From Phyllosticta citribraziliensis (Eukaryota), in the NCBI RefSeq assembly GCF_038025025.1, contig NW_027117349.1, positions 1,302,001 to 1,366,000 of the forward strand: a stretch of DNA of 64,000 nt, in the 5' to 3' direction. Positions 1 through 12,500 of this stretch are shown here, piece after piece. Each line of letters starts with the position of its first letter. Within the stretch, counting starts at the first letter, position 1. A program made the translations under genes and the position numbers. The notes beneath the pieces are model-generated. The model did not search any database and had not been told where the DNA came from. It saw nothing but the letters and a program-made list of their open reading frames with translations.

Positions 1-132
1 ACCAAGCCAAACCTAGACACCACACTATCAATTTGCTTGCCCGTCTGCCTGCCTGCCTGCCTGCCTGCCCACATCATGCTTCGCCCCCCAATGCCGTGTC
101 TACAACCCCCACTAACCACTAAGCGCCGCAAG

Positions 133-1401
133 ATCTATGCCACCTCGGAGGAGCGCAAGCAGCGGAACCGGCAGGCCCAAGCCGCCTTCCGCGAGCGTCG
201 CACCGAGTACATCAAGCAGTTGGAGAGTACCATCAAGCACCACGAGGAGACCCTGCAGACCTTGCAGCAGAATCACCGTAGCGCCGCTGATGAATGTCTT
301 ATGCTGAGATATAAGAACTCTCTGCTCGAGCGCATCCTGCTGGAAAAAGGTATCATCGCCACCCATCCATTCACGTCTGCTCTTCTAACCGACCGCTTCC
401 TCCCAGGCATTGACGTCCAGGCTGAGCTCCGCGCAAAGACGGGCAGCCCGCATCTGGGGCCTACCCGCATGCCTCCTCCAGCAGGATCTGCAGTGCAGCA
501 GCCGCCGCCAATGCAAAGGGCCATAATGAATAGGCACCATCAGGCGCGGCGCTCATTTGCAGCCATGCCCCAAAAGGTCGACGTTGATGCCGCTGTCCAA
601 AACCATTCACCGCAGTCCCAACCTACTCCTGCTTCACACATGTCCTCTCCGTCCACCACGGCAACAAAGTCCCCAAACTTTGTGCCGTCGGTGTCTCCCA
701 ACGTGGGCCCAGTGTCTCAGCCTCAAGCGCAGCAACAACAGCAACAGCAACAACAACAACAGCAGCAGCAGATCAGACCGCAACCGCCCCGTCAGCAGTA
801 CAACCCCCTGCCGCCGCCGCGACCCTCGGCAAACACGCAGTTCAACGCCTCCAATGGCGTTCCCAACGCCTCGCCCGTCAACACTCCGGCAGGGGGCAAC
901 CCCATGGCGGGCAGCGCCAATGGCGCGTCCAACTATTACCCATCGCCATTCCAGAGCCATATGGACCAGCTCGGCAAGTTGACCCCTCCCCCAAACGTAT
1001 GCTTAGGCATAGGACTCTGTTCATCCTAGAGTGACTCCGTGAGTACAGAACAGGAATATGATGCGCAAAACGACATGATCGACGACCGAGACCCGAGCGA
1101 ACATTCGGCCGGCACCGCCGCATATCCACAACCGTTCCCACCGCAGCACATGCGCTCGCAATCGACGCCACAGCTCCAGGCCCAGGGCTCTGGCCAGCTT
1201 GTGCCGCAGCAGTACACGCCGGGCCAAGACCAGTACACGTCGCCTGCAGCCCTGCAGCCCGCAGATGCACACAGCGGCTACGCCATGTCCGGCAACATGA
1301 ACCAAGGATTCGACCCATACGACCCCATTCTGGACGCCGACCCATTCGGCCTGTCGGCCAGCATGCACTTCCCAACCCAATTCTCCTACCAGACTGGCTG
1401 A
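133..1401 (+). CDS. bZIP transcription factor (YAP-like basic region), 5'-partial; exons ~133-349, 407-973, 1049-1401
   Basis: Basic region and zipper RKQRNRQAQAAFRERRTEYIKQLE...LRYKNSLLERILLEK. Acceptor CTAAC...AAG at 132. A 57-nt GT-AG intron at 350-406 and a GC-AG intron at 974-1048 join MDQL/EQEYDAQ. PolyQ tract; stop TGA at 1399-1401. The first exon lies upstream of the window. Confidence 0.85.
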
Positions 1402-2212
1402 AGGGAGCACGACACCACCATGTGCGTCATCGGCGGCACAAGCGTCGAGTTGGAGGCATTTTTGGATCTTTCGTCACCTTTTTTCAGCGGGCGTTGACTG
1501 GCATGGAAAGGGAAAAACGGAGGCAAGGAATGGACAGAGGAAGAAAAGCAGGAAAAAAGGCAAGAAAAGGGGAGGACAAGTTCAAAGCCAGCAGCAGCAT
1601 ATCCGTGTCTTTGTCATGCGACATGGCAGCGCAGTAGCCTGTCGCAGCAGCCGTCGTCACAAAAGTGAGGCTGCGACGCTCCGGCCTTGTGCCGTTCTAG
1701 GTACATGTAGCTTTGTCTATTGAGAGACAAAAAAAAAATACCAATTCGCCAAAGTTGCCGGGCAGCCTTTGCGCGCCTGGCGGGGGAGGCGACAAAACCA
1801 ACTTGGAAACCACGAGTCGTGATAGTCGCGATGCGACCTGACGGATGAATTGCTGGCGATAGGCGTGCCAGAGGTGTGAAACGCGTGCTGGCGGGCGGAT
1901 TGTGAGTGGACAGCCAGCGCTGGAGCTGGAGAGGGCGTCCTCGTCTTGTTCCGCTCCGCGCCCGCTCGCTTACATGGCCAGGCTTGGCATAACCACAATG
2001 AGATATTTCGTCACGTTGCCCGGCCCGTCAACAACCTCTCATCGTCCTCCCTTGACGGCACCGCGACAAAACCTTTTCCGCACCCCAGCGCGCCATTCGC
2101 ATCGAGAGCTCAGGTCCTCTTAACACAGGATCGACTCTCGTTTGTTTACCCCGGTCGAGACCAGAGTGCGCACCTAGAAGGACAAGCGCGAAAGGCGCTT
2201 TCATCCAGCACC

Positions 2213-3554
2213 ATGTCCGGCTCGATTGCTTCCAAGGTCAGTCCATCACCGCAGCCCCCAAGAACAAAGCCGTCCGACGGCTCGGCGTCCAATGCGTCGC
2301 TTCGTATCGTGAGAACCGCCCGCTGACGCGCAATGGCTGCAGAACGTCTACGAGCTCCTGGGTACCTCCACCTGCCTCCCCGCGAAAGCTTTTCGCTCAA
2401 CGCTTCGGACACGCCATCTTACGCTCACTCATAGGCAACGACCCGGAGCAGGATTCCGACAGGGAACCTGAGCCTCCCACCAAGGCCATCGAGAAGACGC
2501 TCCCTCGCTCCGGCAAGCGCTCTGGCCCCGAGCCCACCAAGGAGCCCCGCACCGCCGGTGCCAACACCCGCAAGGAAGTCGGCGGCAACGAGGGTGGTAC
2601 GTGCAAACAATTGGCAAAGTGAGAGCGTTGGGCCTCTGCCTCAACACAACCAGCTCACTTTGGCCGGCCCGGCTTTCATCGCATTCCACTAACGTGCTGC
2701 AGCTTTCCGCGACCGCAATGCTGGTAGGGACAGCAACCGCAGCAAGCCCGCTGACGATGGCGTCCGCTCTGACCGTCACCCCCGTACGTCGCTCGTTTGA
2801 GCATTTCGACAATATGCTAATCATACGCAGGCCACGAGGATGGCGGCCGTGGCCGTGGTCGCGGCGGCCGTGGTGGCCGTGGTCCCCGCGGTGCTCCCCG
2901 TGACGACCGCCACTCCAAGACTGGCATCTCGTAAGAGCCACACTCTTGTTGAATTCTCTCTAGCTAACTCCTCCCAGTGACCACCCCAAGCAGGCCGAAA
3001 AGGGCTGGGGCGGTGACGACGGCAACAAGGAGCTTGCTGACGAGATTGCCGGCGAGACCATTGCCAAGGAGGAAGAGGGCGCCGACATTGACGCCGAGGC
3101 CAGCGCCGCTGCTGCTGCCCAGGCCGCCGAGGACAAGGTCAAGAGCTACGACGAGTACCTCGCCGACCTTCTCGAGAAGAAGGCCCAGCTGAACGCCGGC
3201 GTCGCCATCCGCAAGCCCAACGAGGGTGCTGGCAAGAAGTTCCCCGAGGGCAAGACGGTCGAGCGCGTCGAGGAGGAGTACTTTGCCGGCGAGAACAAGG
3301 AGAAGAACCGCGAGCGCAGCAAGAAGGAGAAGAACCAGATCGACCTCGGCGACATCTACGGCCGTGGCGAGGAGCGCTCCGGCGGATTCCGCGGCGGCCG
3401 CGGTGGCCGTGGCGGCCGTGGCCGTGGTGAGGGCAGCTTCCGTGGCGAGGGCCGCGGCCGTGGTGGTCCTCGCGGCGGCGCTCCCCGTGGCGCCCCCCGT
3501 GGCGGCGCTGTCAACATCAACGACTCCTCTGCGTTCCCTAGCTTGGGCGCATAA
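2213..3554 (+). CDS. STM1: Stm1/SERBP1-like ribosome- and nucleic-acid-binding RGG protein; exons 2213-2236, 2343-2361, 2435-2596, 2703-2783, 2831-2930, 2978-3554
   Basis: The spliced product reads MSGSIASKNVYELLGNDPEQD...AFRDRNAGR...RGG...DDRHSKTG...GWG...KSYDEYL...RGG repeats...AFPSLGA*. All five introns have GT/AG ends and keep frame. Strong high-expression codon bias. The ORF track misses it. Confidence 0.88.
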
Positions 3555-4550
3555 ACGAGCCGACAGCGCACACGCACGCCTCGTCCAACCCCACCCAACC
3601 CAACCCGAAAGCCAGACATCTTCTTCGTTGTTGTTGTTGTTGTTGACGACTTGAATGGAGCACGCACCACAAAATCAATCAATCAAGCAAGCAGCTGGGG
3701 GGGGGGGGAGCAAGGCCTCGGGCAAACGGGAATGGACGGACGGGACGGACGGACGGACGGACAGATATGCAAGGGCAAACCAAAAACACCTTGTTTTTTA
3801 ACTTAGGGAGACGTTTTGATTGAAAAAGTGGCAAGCTGGCAGTAGTAGTCTTCCTTTTTCTTTTTCCATGTTGCCTGCCCCACCACTACCCACCCCTACC
3901 GGTACCTCGATCAGTGAGAATGAGATTACAAAAAAACATGCTTTTCCCCCTTTGGATTGTGTTGTTGAACGCTACGTCGTTTGGACCGAGCGGAGCCAGG
4001 TTGGTTGAGCTGAGCTGAGGTGAGATGAGACGTGCAATGTATCGCGTCCATGCTGCCTCCACTCCACCATGACCTATGCACCTGTTCGACACTGCATCTA
4101 GGTAGACCGACTGCTCGATGAGCTGTGCCCGCGACTACACACGGTGGTCAAGCCTGTCAAGTTCCTTCGAAGCCCAGCTATCCTGCCTCCCTCTTCCCCC
4201 CCGCCCTTCCTTCCATCCTTTCTCCCTCTCTTCACCAAAACAAGACCTTGGTACCTTAGCTATCCCCTGAAAAAAAGAAAGAAAAAAAAGAAAAGAAAAG
4301 AAAAAAAGAGACAGAGGGCGTGGTTTGGCCTTCTATAGACGGACTGAACTGAACTGGGCAAAAGCACGACGCACGCGGTCAATCACTCCGTATGTCCGCC
4401 CGCCCGTCCTCTCTCTCTCTCTTTCACCCTGCACGGCGCGCTCGTGCTGCTGGATGGCTACGGTGCGTGTCGATCTGATCTGATCTGATCGGGCGTAGAA
4501 GATAGAGATAGACAAAGAGATAGAGCAGGCAGTGCGGGAAGGAGGGTGGT

Positions 4551-4666
4551 CAGGGCAGGGCAGGGCAGGGCAGGGCAGGGCTGGCTGTCATGGTGGGTTC
4601 TGTCATGTAAGGTTGGTTGGTTGGTGGTAGTGGTAGTGGTAGTAGTAGTGGTAGTAGTAGTGGTAG
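4551..4666. repeat. Microsatellite cluster: (CAGGG)6, (GGTT)n, (GTA/GTG)n
   Basis: Direct reading of 4551-4581 and 4611-4666; the source of the spurious poly-Thr ORF. Confidence 0.85.
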
Positions 4667-5094
4667 CCAAGACGATATTAGACGAGGCAAGGCAGGGCGG
4701 GAGTGGATAGATGGATTCCGAGTGCTTACTAAAAATGTTTATAGACGTAAAGAGTCATAGAAATTGTAGATTGACAGAGGCGTGATTTTGTACAAGCGAT
4801 GCGCGTAGAGATTCTCTTCCATGCATACCTATGTACAGGGAGGGGATACCACCACTCTTTCACGGCAACATGAGAGAAAAGGCGCCATTTGCATCCAGCC
4901 CGGCTGATCAGGCAGTCAGGTCACCCAAAACCGGGTGTCTGGCATAAAATGAATAGCTCCAGGCATGAGGAAAGACCTGGCTGTTACGAAATCCTTCCTG
5001 CGCGTCTGCAGTAGAGAGGTTAGCTCGTCAAGTATCTCGTACCCGGGACGTCCTTTTGGTCGTCCATGGGCGTGATATCGAATGAAAAACAACT

Positions 5095-7453
5095 TTACCG
5101 GTCATCATCTGCGCTTTTCCATAGTCTGAGTTCCAAATTCTTGCGATTGATGTGTAAAAGCCTGTGGCGATTCTTTCGGATAGACCACTCCCAAATTTCT
5201 GCTAGAAAATTTCACGTAAGCAAAAGCACGGCGCCATTAGCATCTTTAGAGGTGCAACTCACAGTATTTTTTTTGCTTTTCCGGAGGCTCCGTCGCACAC
5301 AGTTTGGACCATAGCGCAGGGTCCGTTTCGAACAGATTGGCTTCGGCGAACGCATAGATATTGCCTTCATATCTCGTGGTCGAGCTTTTGCCAGCAAGCT
5401 TCTCAAAACCTGCCTGGATTCTTGGCATGAGCTTGCTCTCACTCCATTTAAACAGTTCGACAATCGCCTTGCTGGTGTACGGGAAGAGTGGCCAGTGTTT
5501 CCATCGAATTTCGGCTTCTATGAGGTCACGGTAGACACCAAAAGCGAAGCACGGCATGTTGAGGTAGTCGAGCATGACGCAACACAAGTAGTTGACGTCC
5601 ATGTCTTGGTCCTGAAAAAAATCCTCGACTCCACTGTCCGGCGGCGGCTTCGAAAGTAAGAACTGCCGGACCGAGTCGTGGGCTAGTTGAACGCGTTGGT
5701 GCTCTGCGTCGTAGCTGATGAGGCTGCCGCATCCCTTCAATATGTCCTCTGTATCGCTGGGTCGTATTCGATCCTCTAGGGCTACGGGGTCCGAGGTGTC
5801 GAGAGTCATGGCCTCAGTCAGCTCGTCTAGCTTCATTGGCCTCACCGAAAATCGGAGCCATGCGAGAGCAGCGCGAATGAAGGGAGCGAAAGCCGTCGGA
5901 ACGCTTCGCAAAGCTTCAAGGTAGTGGTCCTCGAGACTTGGCGGCATGGAGCTCAGCGCAGCTTCCACGTCTCTTGGAAAAAAGGCCTTGTCTTTCAGTA
6001 ATTGTAGTTGGCACTCGGCCCAGCGAAAGCTTTGAGTCTGTCAGATGGCTTTTTGCTTATTTCGGAGAGGGGTAAAGCTCACGATCCATGCGCATTCGAC
6101 AAAATCTCGTCATGGATTCTCTTCTGTAACCTGGGCCTGAGCTTACTTAGTCGAGCATCTTGTTTGATCGTCATGACGACGTATCCTGCAATGTCTGAAT
6201 TCACCATAGTTTGCTCCATGTCTATGAGCACAGGCGCAGACCCCTTGAGCTTTAGGACGGGATTGAGAGCTTTGGTACAGGAGATCATGATTTGGAAGTT
6301 TGGTATTCGGGCGATGCTCCAAGAGATGGCGTCGAAGAAGCGGTTGATATCCTCGCCTCCAACTTCGTTCACTGCGTCCAAGAAGAGTGCGACCTTTTTG
6401 GGAAGAGCACAGACTTTTTGCAATAGCTCAAGGAAATCAGCTAGGGGCGGCTCTGTCCTTGTTCCTTGAGGTTGCCTGATGAAGTCCTCGTAAAATGGCT
6501 TTACAAGGTCCTCGGCATCCGGGAATTGGTCCAAGAGTTGTCGGATGCATGATTTCATCATGTTGACAGCGCTTTGGGATGTACTTTCGGAAGATGAGCA
6601 GTAGAAGTATGCGACAGCGTCTTCTGCTCCCAGTCCGATCCCTTTCCGGAGATGATCAATTGCCGACGAGAGGAGCACGGTCTTTCCCATGCCAGATCTT
6701 CCAAGAAGCCAGAGGATTTTCTTTCTCTCAGAAGGCTCTGCTTGTATCCACGTGCTGAATTCATGGTCCAAGAACCATCTCCCTGATCCACTGGTCTGCT
6801 TCTGGCGAGACAGGTGGTGAATAGCAGTTGGATCGAAAGTGTTCAGCCAGCTCTTCATTGCTTGCCTCACATTCGCCTGTGCTGCTGCGTCGCGCTCATC
6901 TCGTCGTTGAAATAGCATGTCTTTGACATCAGAAACGTCTTTACTGGTATTCTTGGTGTATTCGAGGACTTTGGAAGTTATGACTCTGCAGATGAAGATG
7001 TTAGTGGACCAGTGACGTCGAGGAAGCGAATGCTAACCTTTGATCGGAATCAAGGGCTAACTGGAGTATCGGAAGAGCGTTGTCAAATCGTCTCAACTGC
7101 GCAGCAGTCTTGTCGTCGATGATTTTTCCGAGAACGAACTTCCCCAAGATTTTGTTTCCCGACAACTGTTCAAGTCTGAGGTTCAGATCTCGTAGTGCGG
7201 CGCGGCTTGTCTCCAGCGGCCCGTCAACACAAGCAAGCGCAGAGAGGCGTTCCGCGTCATCTTTGTCGATTTCCGCCTGCAATTTGATAAGATCAATCAG
7301 ACCTTTGTATGATGAAATCTTCTCAGTCAAGGCGTTGAGTTCTTTGGAAACAGCTCGATCCGAGTGTATGTGCTTTCGGGCGATCAAACACGTCTTGGTG
7401 GTCAGTTCGGCCAAAGTAATGCAGCTTGCTATCAATCCGATAAGCTCTGCCAT
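5095..7453 (-). CDS. NLR-like STAND protein: HeLo-like helical N-terminal domain plus NACHT NTPase; exons 7453-7038, 6985-6083, 6029-5263, probable 5201-5095 (3' end uncertain)
   Basis: N-terminus MAELIGLIASCITLAEL, Walker A GRSGMGKT, AYFYC, Walker B VALFLDAVNE, winged-helix GSFRWAECQL formed across an intron, LPxxLxxxY-like MPPSLEDHY and LAHDSVRQFL. Introns keep frame. Confidence 0.85.
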
Positions 7454-9540
7454 GCTGAAAAGAACGTCTCAAAGTCACCATATGGCGGACTAAGACAGAT
7501 GAGTGTTGGTGTCTTGAATTGCCAAACGGCAGCGAGTTCGCAAGGCTGTGATTCTAGCCCCCATTTCCGCTAATGTCAGCCTCATTCTTCGTTGCACAGC
7601 ATCGTTGTTGTGGAGTGAGCAGCCGGTTCATTGGTCGATCACGCGGAGAAAAGTTCGAGCTTTGGCGAAAGCTCCGTGAAGCAAGATTTTGGCGGAGGTT
7701 GAGAAAGATGTAGAGCAGGACAACATGCCACTGGCCTTTCGGCCACAGCAGATTAGTTCTCTGGCGGCGTTGGCCGTTGAACGAAAAGGCTGGCCCGAGA
7801 GAAGAAAGCCTCAGAAACGCGTGAAGGAGACATGAACGGTGGCCAAACAGACAGCATGAGCAGTGTATTGGCGATGCAAGTCGGAAAGAGGGTATGTTGA
7901 TGGTCAGCAAGTGCACAATGCTTCATGACACGCATTTGAAGTGCCGTACTCGATAGAGAAGTTAGCGGCCTTGATGTTGCAAAAGATGCGATGGATAGAA
8001 GACGTCGGAGTTTGGTTTGTGTGCAGCAGCAGGTTGGGTTTAGCGTCTTCTGTTTTCGGCAGGAGGGCTCGACCAGGAACTCCCTCCTCCAGCCCGGGCC
8101 GCTCCCGTCCGGGTCTCCATAACCTGGTTCCAACGACGTCAATCTCTCAGCAGGCCCATCTGGTCAACCACGACCACACTCTGCCCGTCGTGAGAATCCC
8201 CGGTAAGATGGACTGGACGATGCGGAAATTCGTGCCAGCCGGAATGCGGTGTTGCCCGTGGCACGTCAGGCGCGTTTCACGCGTTGCGTAGCGCAACCGC
8301 TGTACACTACCGAACTGCCTCTCCACGGCTCTACTACCGCCAAGTTTCCCAAGCCTGCATTCGAGGAAGACGGAGGACGCCCTTTTGTCTACCAGGCGTT
8401 CGACGGTAGGAGTCGTGCTGACCTGATCGGCTCAAGACAGCTCCACCGGACGCAAACGACTACAAGAGCCAAATTTTGCCCGCCACGCTTGCGTCTGTAT
8501 AAGCCCCATTGCTTATCGCTCTCCAAACAGCAGTATTGGATACGGCCTATCCAAGTCTGAATTCAATGACCGTTCGCTCAAAGAATCTCGGCCGCTTTCA
8601 CGTCAAGCCATCTTCAAGTCGTTTTCAGCGGGGCAATCGCAAGCAAGCGGAGGGAATGGAAGAGTGGGTCTCTACGGCATCTTGAAACAAACGAACCAGC
8701 ATGAAAGAGATCCAGACCGAATGTCGGATTGGTTGTGGGCTGCAAGACTCGTGGTTCTGCAAAACGGCTCCGTACACGCGCATCATCAGCAACTACACTT
8801 GCACGGACTGACGCCTGGTAAAATAAGCCATGGCATGGAAGAGGTACAACTTCGGCCTCTGTGACGGGTGTTGGCTTGCTCCTTATCTTCTTATGAGAGG
8901 ACCCTAGATGCCCCTCGTCTCCCTCTCTTGATAACTGCCGATTTAAGGCTTGGTTTGTTTTCCGAATTCCGTATTGTGTGCCACGATTTTTTGCGCTAAG
9001 TCAAGGACTATTGTCCAGACTGCCGCGTAGGTACCGGGGTTACCGACAGGGCGCCGACAAGAAATGACATGAGCGCCTTAGTGCATCACTAGGCTACCAC
9101 AGCTCCAATACCTGTCAAGAGCCTTGCCAAAAGCCCCGTACACCATTGGCTTACCCTCAAGGCTTAATTTCCACGTGTGTGCTCTCAGCTCGCCTCCCGC
9201 TCTGCCGCCGCTGTGCCGTCGCGGACTTTTGAAGCCAGGGAGACGTACTTGACCGGCCTTGTCGAGAATTGGAGCCATTGCGCGCGGAGCTAAACCATGT
9301 TTGGCTTTCAAAGCCTACAGAATATCTTTGAATACCCTGGAGCGTTCCAGAGCAATGGGTTCTTGTGGCTGTCAAGGAACCCGACAAGAAGGACTACCAC
9401 GGGTAATCCCTTGCCACATTGATCCCTGAACGTGACGCATTGACGATGTCCAGCAAAGGACAGTCGTCTTACAAAAGTCCCACCAACCATCGCGTCATTG
9501 CTTTGAGTACAGGTCGCTCTCTTGACACATTCTTTCCAGC

Positions 9541-12500
9541 ATGCATTGCTCTTGGTCGAAAGTCTTGTTAAGCGCGCAAGCTCTTTTTGGTTTTGCTGCT
9601 GTTGGCAATGCTCAACAATATGCAGGCTCAAACATTTCGAGTACCCTCCCGCTCGTTCCAGGAACAGAGCTTGCCTTTTTCAACATCAAGTCTCCCAAGT
9701 CCCAGAACACGACCCTGATCAATTACGCATCCCTGAACAGCACCAACAATGGACGGCCAGACCCGAAGAAGTTGAAGCGTGCTGTGATTGTGCTTCACGG
9801 ACTGAACAGGGATCCGCAGACATATATTTCTCAAATGTAGGTGCAAACTAATAGAACCCACACCCTGGCGCTTACTTCTCTTAGGCTTGTTGCTTTGAAT
9901 ACACTGACAGTGCCTGGGGTCAACCAAGACACTGTGGGCATCATTGCTCCTTACTTTGCCAATGGCGACGACAAAAACACCGGCTACTATCCGTGGGTCA
10001 ACAGCGCCTCCGTCTCGAGCGCCATTGTCTGGAAGGGCTCTCAGTGGGCCAGTGGGCAGTACAATCAGTACCCATCTTCGGTCCAGACAATCTCTTCTTA
10101 TGCAGTGATCGACCAAATCATCCAATACTACGACAACAAGGCAATGTTCCCCAATTTGAACCAAGTAAGACTGACCTTTCTATACTCGTGCGGGGATAAA
10201 TCTAACATCAGCAGATCGTTGTCGCCGGGCACTCTCTTGGGGCGCAAATGAACCAGAGACATGCTGAAGTCAGTACGGTGTCGTCTTCGACCCCAGTTTT
10301 TTACTGGATTGGAAATCCCAATTCCTGGGGTTGGTTGAGCACTGATCGTCCCCTGGATTACTCGTCGTGCGTCCCTTACGATGACTGGCGAGATGGCTTG
10401 AATGCCTACCCTACGCAGTACAATGTTGCTCTCGTAAATACCAGTTCTGGCATCGACCGCGCCGGCGTGTTGGCAAACTACAGGAAAAAGAATCTCGCAT
10501 ACGCTCGCGGTCTTATGGATTTTGGAGACGATGCAAGCAACTGCGGCCCGGGCACCACAGGAGCCAATCGTAACGAGAGATTCTTCAACTTCATTGCTCG
10601 CTTTCCGCAGCCCCCGAAGCTGAATACCATCGACTACATCAATTGTGGTCACGATTCCGGATGCATGTTCGCTTCCCCTGCCGGACAGGCACGCCTGTTC
10701 CTTGACAACTTCAGCGGCAATGGATCAAAGGCCTATGATTTTGGCTATCCTCGGCAACAGGCTGGCGACGACCCGTACCCCGATCCCAAGCAAAATTCGA
10801 CTGTGTCATCTGCAAACGCTGGCACCTACAACGGGATGACGTATCAGGGATGCTGGACGGATCAGACACCCTCAACATTGTCAGTCAGAGTATCTTCTGG
10901 AAACAACAACTCGATTGAGACCTGCACCGCTGCTTGCTCTGCACAAGGGTACAAGATTGCTGGACTTGAGAATGGAGCAGACTGCTGGTGTGGCAACACC
11001 ATTGGGTACAATGCCTTCAACACGACGGACCGTGGATGTAATCTGGCGTGTTCAGGAAACAGCAAGCAAATCTGCGGCGATGCGATGCGGCTTTCACTTT
11101 TTTCCAGTGGTCCTATGGTCCAGGCTATTACTCCGTCTTCTCCCAAGACGGCTGGAAACTTTGGCCTCGTTGGTTGCTACTCGGACACGCCGGCAAACAG
11201 GGGTCTCACTGGTAAAAGCACGTCCGTTTCCAGCATGACTGTTGAGAATTGCGCCTCGTTCTGCGCTGGATATAAGTACTTTGGAGTCGAGTACAGTCAA
11301 GAGGTTAGTCAGAACCACGTCTTCAAATGTCAGAGGCTAATGTCATCTAGTGTTACTGCGCAAACAATGTTGGCTGCTCAAGCACCGTTTCGCTATCTGC
11401 CAATTGCAACATGCAGTGTGCGAGCAATAGCACCCAGTACTGCGGAGGAAATGGCTTTCTCAATCTCTATGCGCTACCATCGGCGCCCTCGCCGTCGTCT
11501 ACCAACTGCTCGGCGACTACTACTTCCAGTGGGAGTGCCGCCTCCTCCACTGCTACAGGCCTGTCCTGTCCCTCGTCCAACGGAGTTGTGTACAACACTA
11601 CCATGGGAAGTGGGTTCGTGATCGAATGCTACACAGATCGCTGTAAGTCCATAGTCATAATCGAATGTACATGATGCTAACCCCTTTTTCAGATGCTGGT
11701 GACATGGGTTCAACAACTACGGCTTCCTTCGAAGACTGCATTGCCGTGTGCGACGCTGCCTCTGGATGTGTTGACGTGTCTTACGTGTTTGGAGCCTGCT
11801 ACCTCAAGAGCTCGGCAGGTGCCCCTCAGACCAATAGCAATGTCCTCGGAGCCCGTCTCATTGCCCGTAACGGCACATATGTCTCATCCGCCACCACCAC
11901 GTCGGCCTCCGGCTCGAACGCTACGGCTACGGCTACGGCTACGGCTACGGCTACGTCGGCGCTTTCCACCTCCTCTGCTGTGGCGTCAGCCTCCCCCATT
12001 ACGTGTCCATCCGGTGATGGATCAATCTACGCAGCTGCCAACAACAAGACTTTTATCATTGAGTGCGGCGTAGACCATGTTGGCGGTGACCTGGGAGCAC
12101 CGACCTACCCCTACGATTTCGGTCTCTGTATTAATCAGTGTGCGTCGACCACCGGCTGTGTGGACGTCTCCTTCAATGGTGGACCATGCTACATGAAGGG
12201 CAGCGTTGGTGCAGCAGTGTCCAACGCAGGTATCTGGGGCGCGAGACTGTTTACAGGAAGCTCTGGCATTGCTTCCTCGTCGTCAGCTCCCGCTTCGGCG
12301 TCTCCGACTGTGACTCCTGCGTCGAACTCGAGCTTGAGCTCATCATCAGCCTCATCGGCCGTGGTTTCCTCTACCAGCACACCAACAGCATCTGCAACTC
12401 CCGCTGCCCTCCCCTCAGGCGTCGTCTCGCTCGGCTGCTACGTCGACAATGGCAACCCACACCCCCTGCCGACCCAGGTTTACGGCAACAGCTCCAACAC

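Noticed and set aside
7500..9500. 2-kb lower-GC interval between the NACHT and WSC genes as a possible transposon relic or amyloid-motif partner gene
   Set aside because: No terminal repeats, transposase/RT motifs, RIP-like AT richness or N/G/Q amyloid motif ORF that I could recognise.
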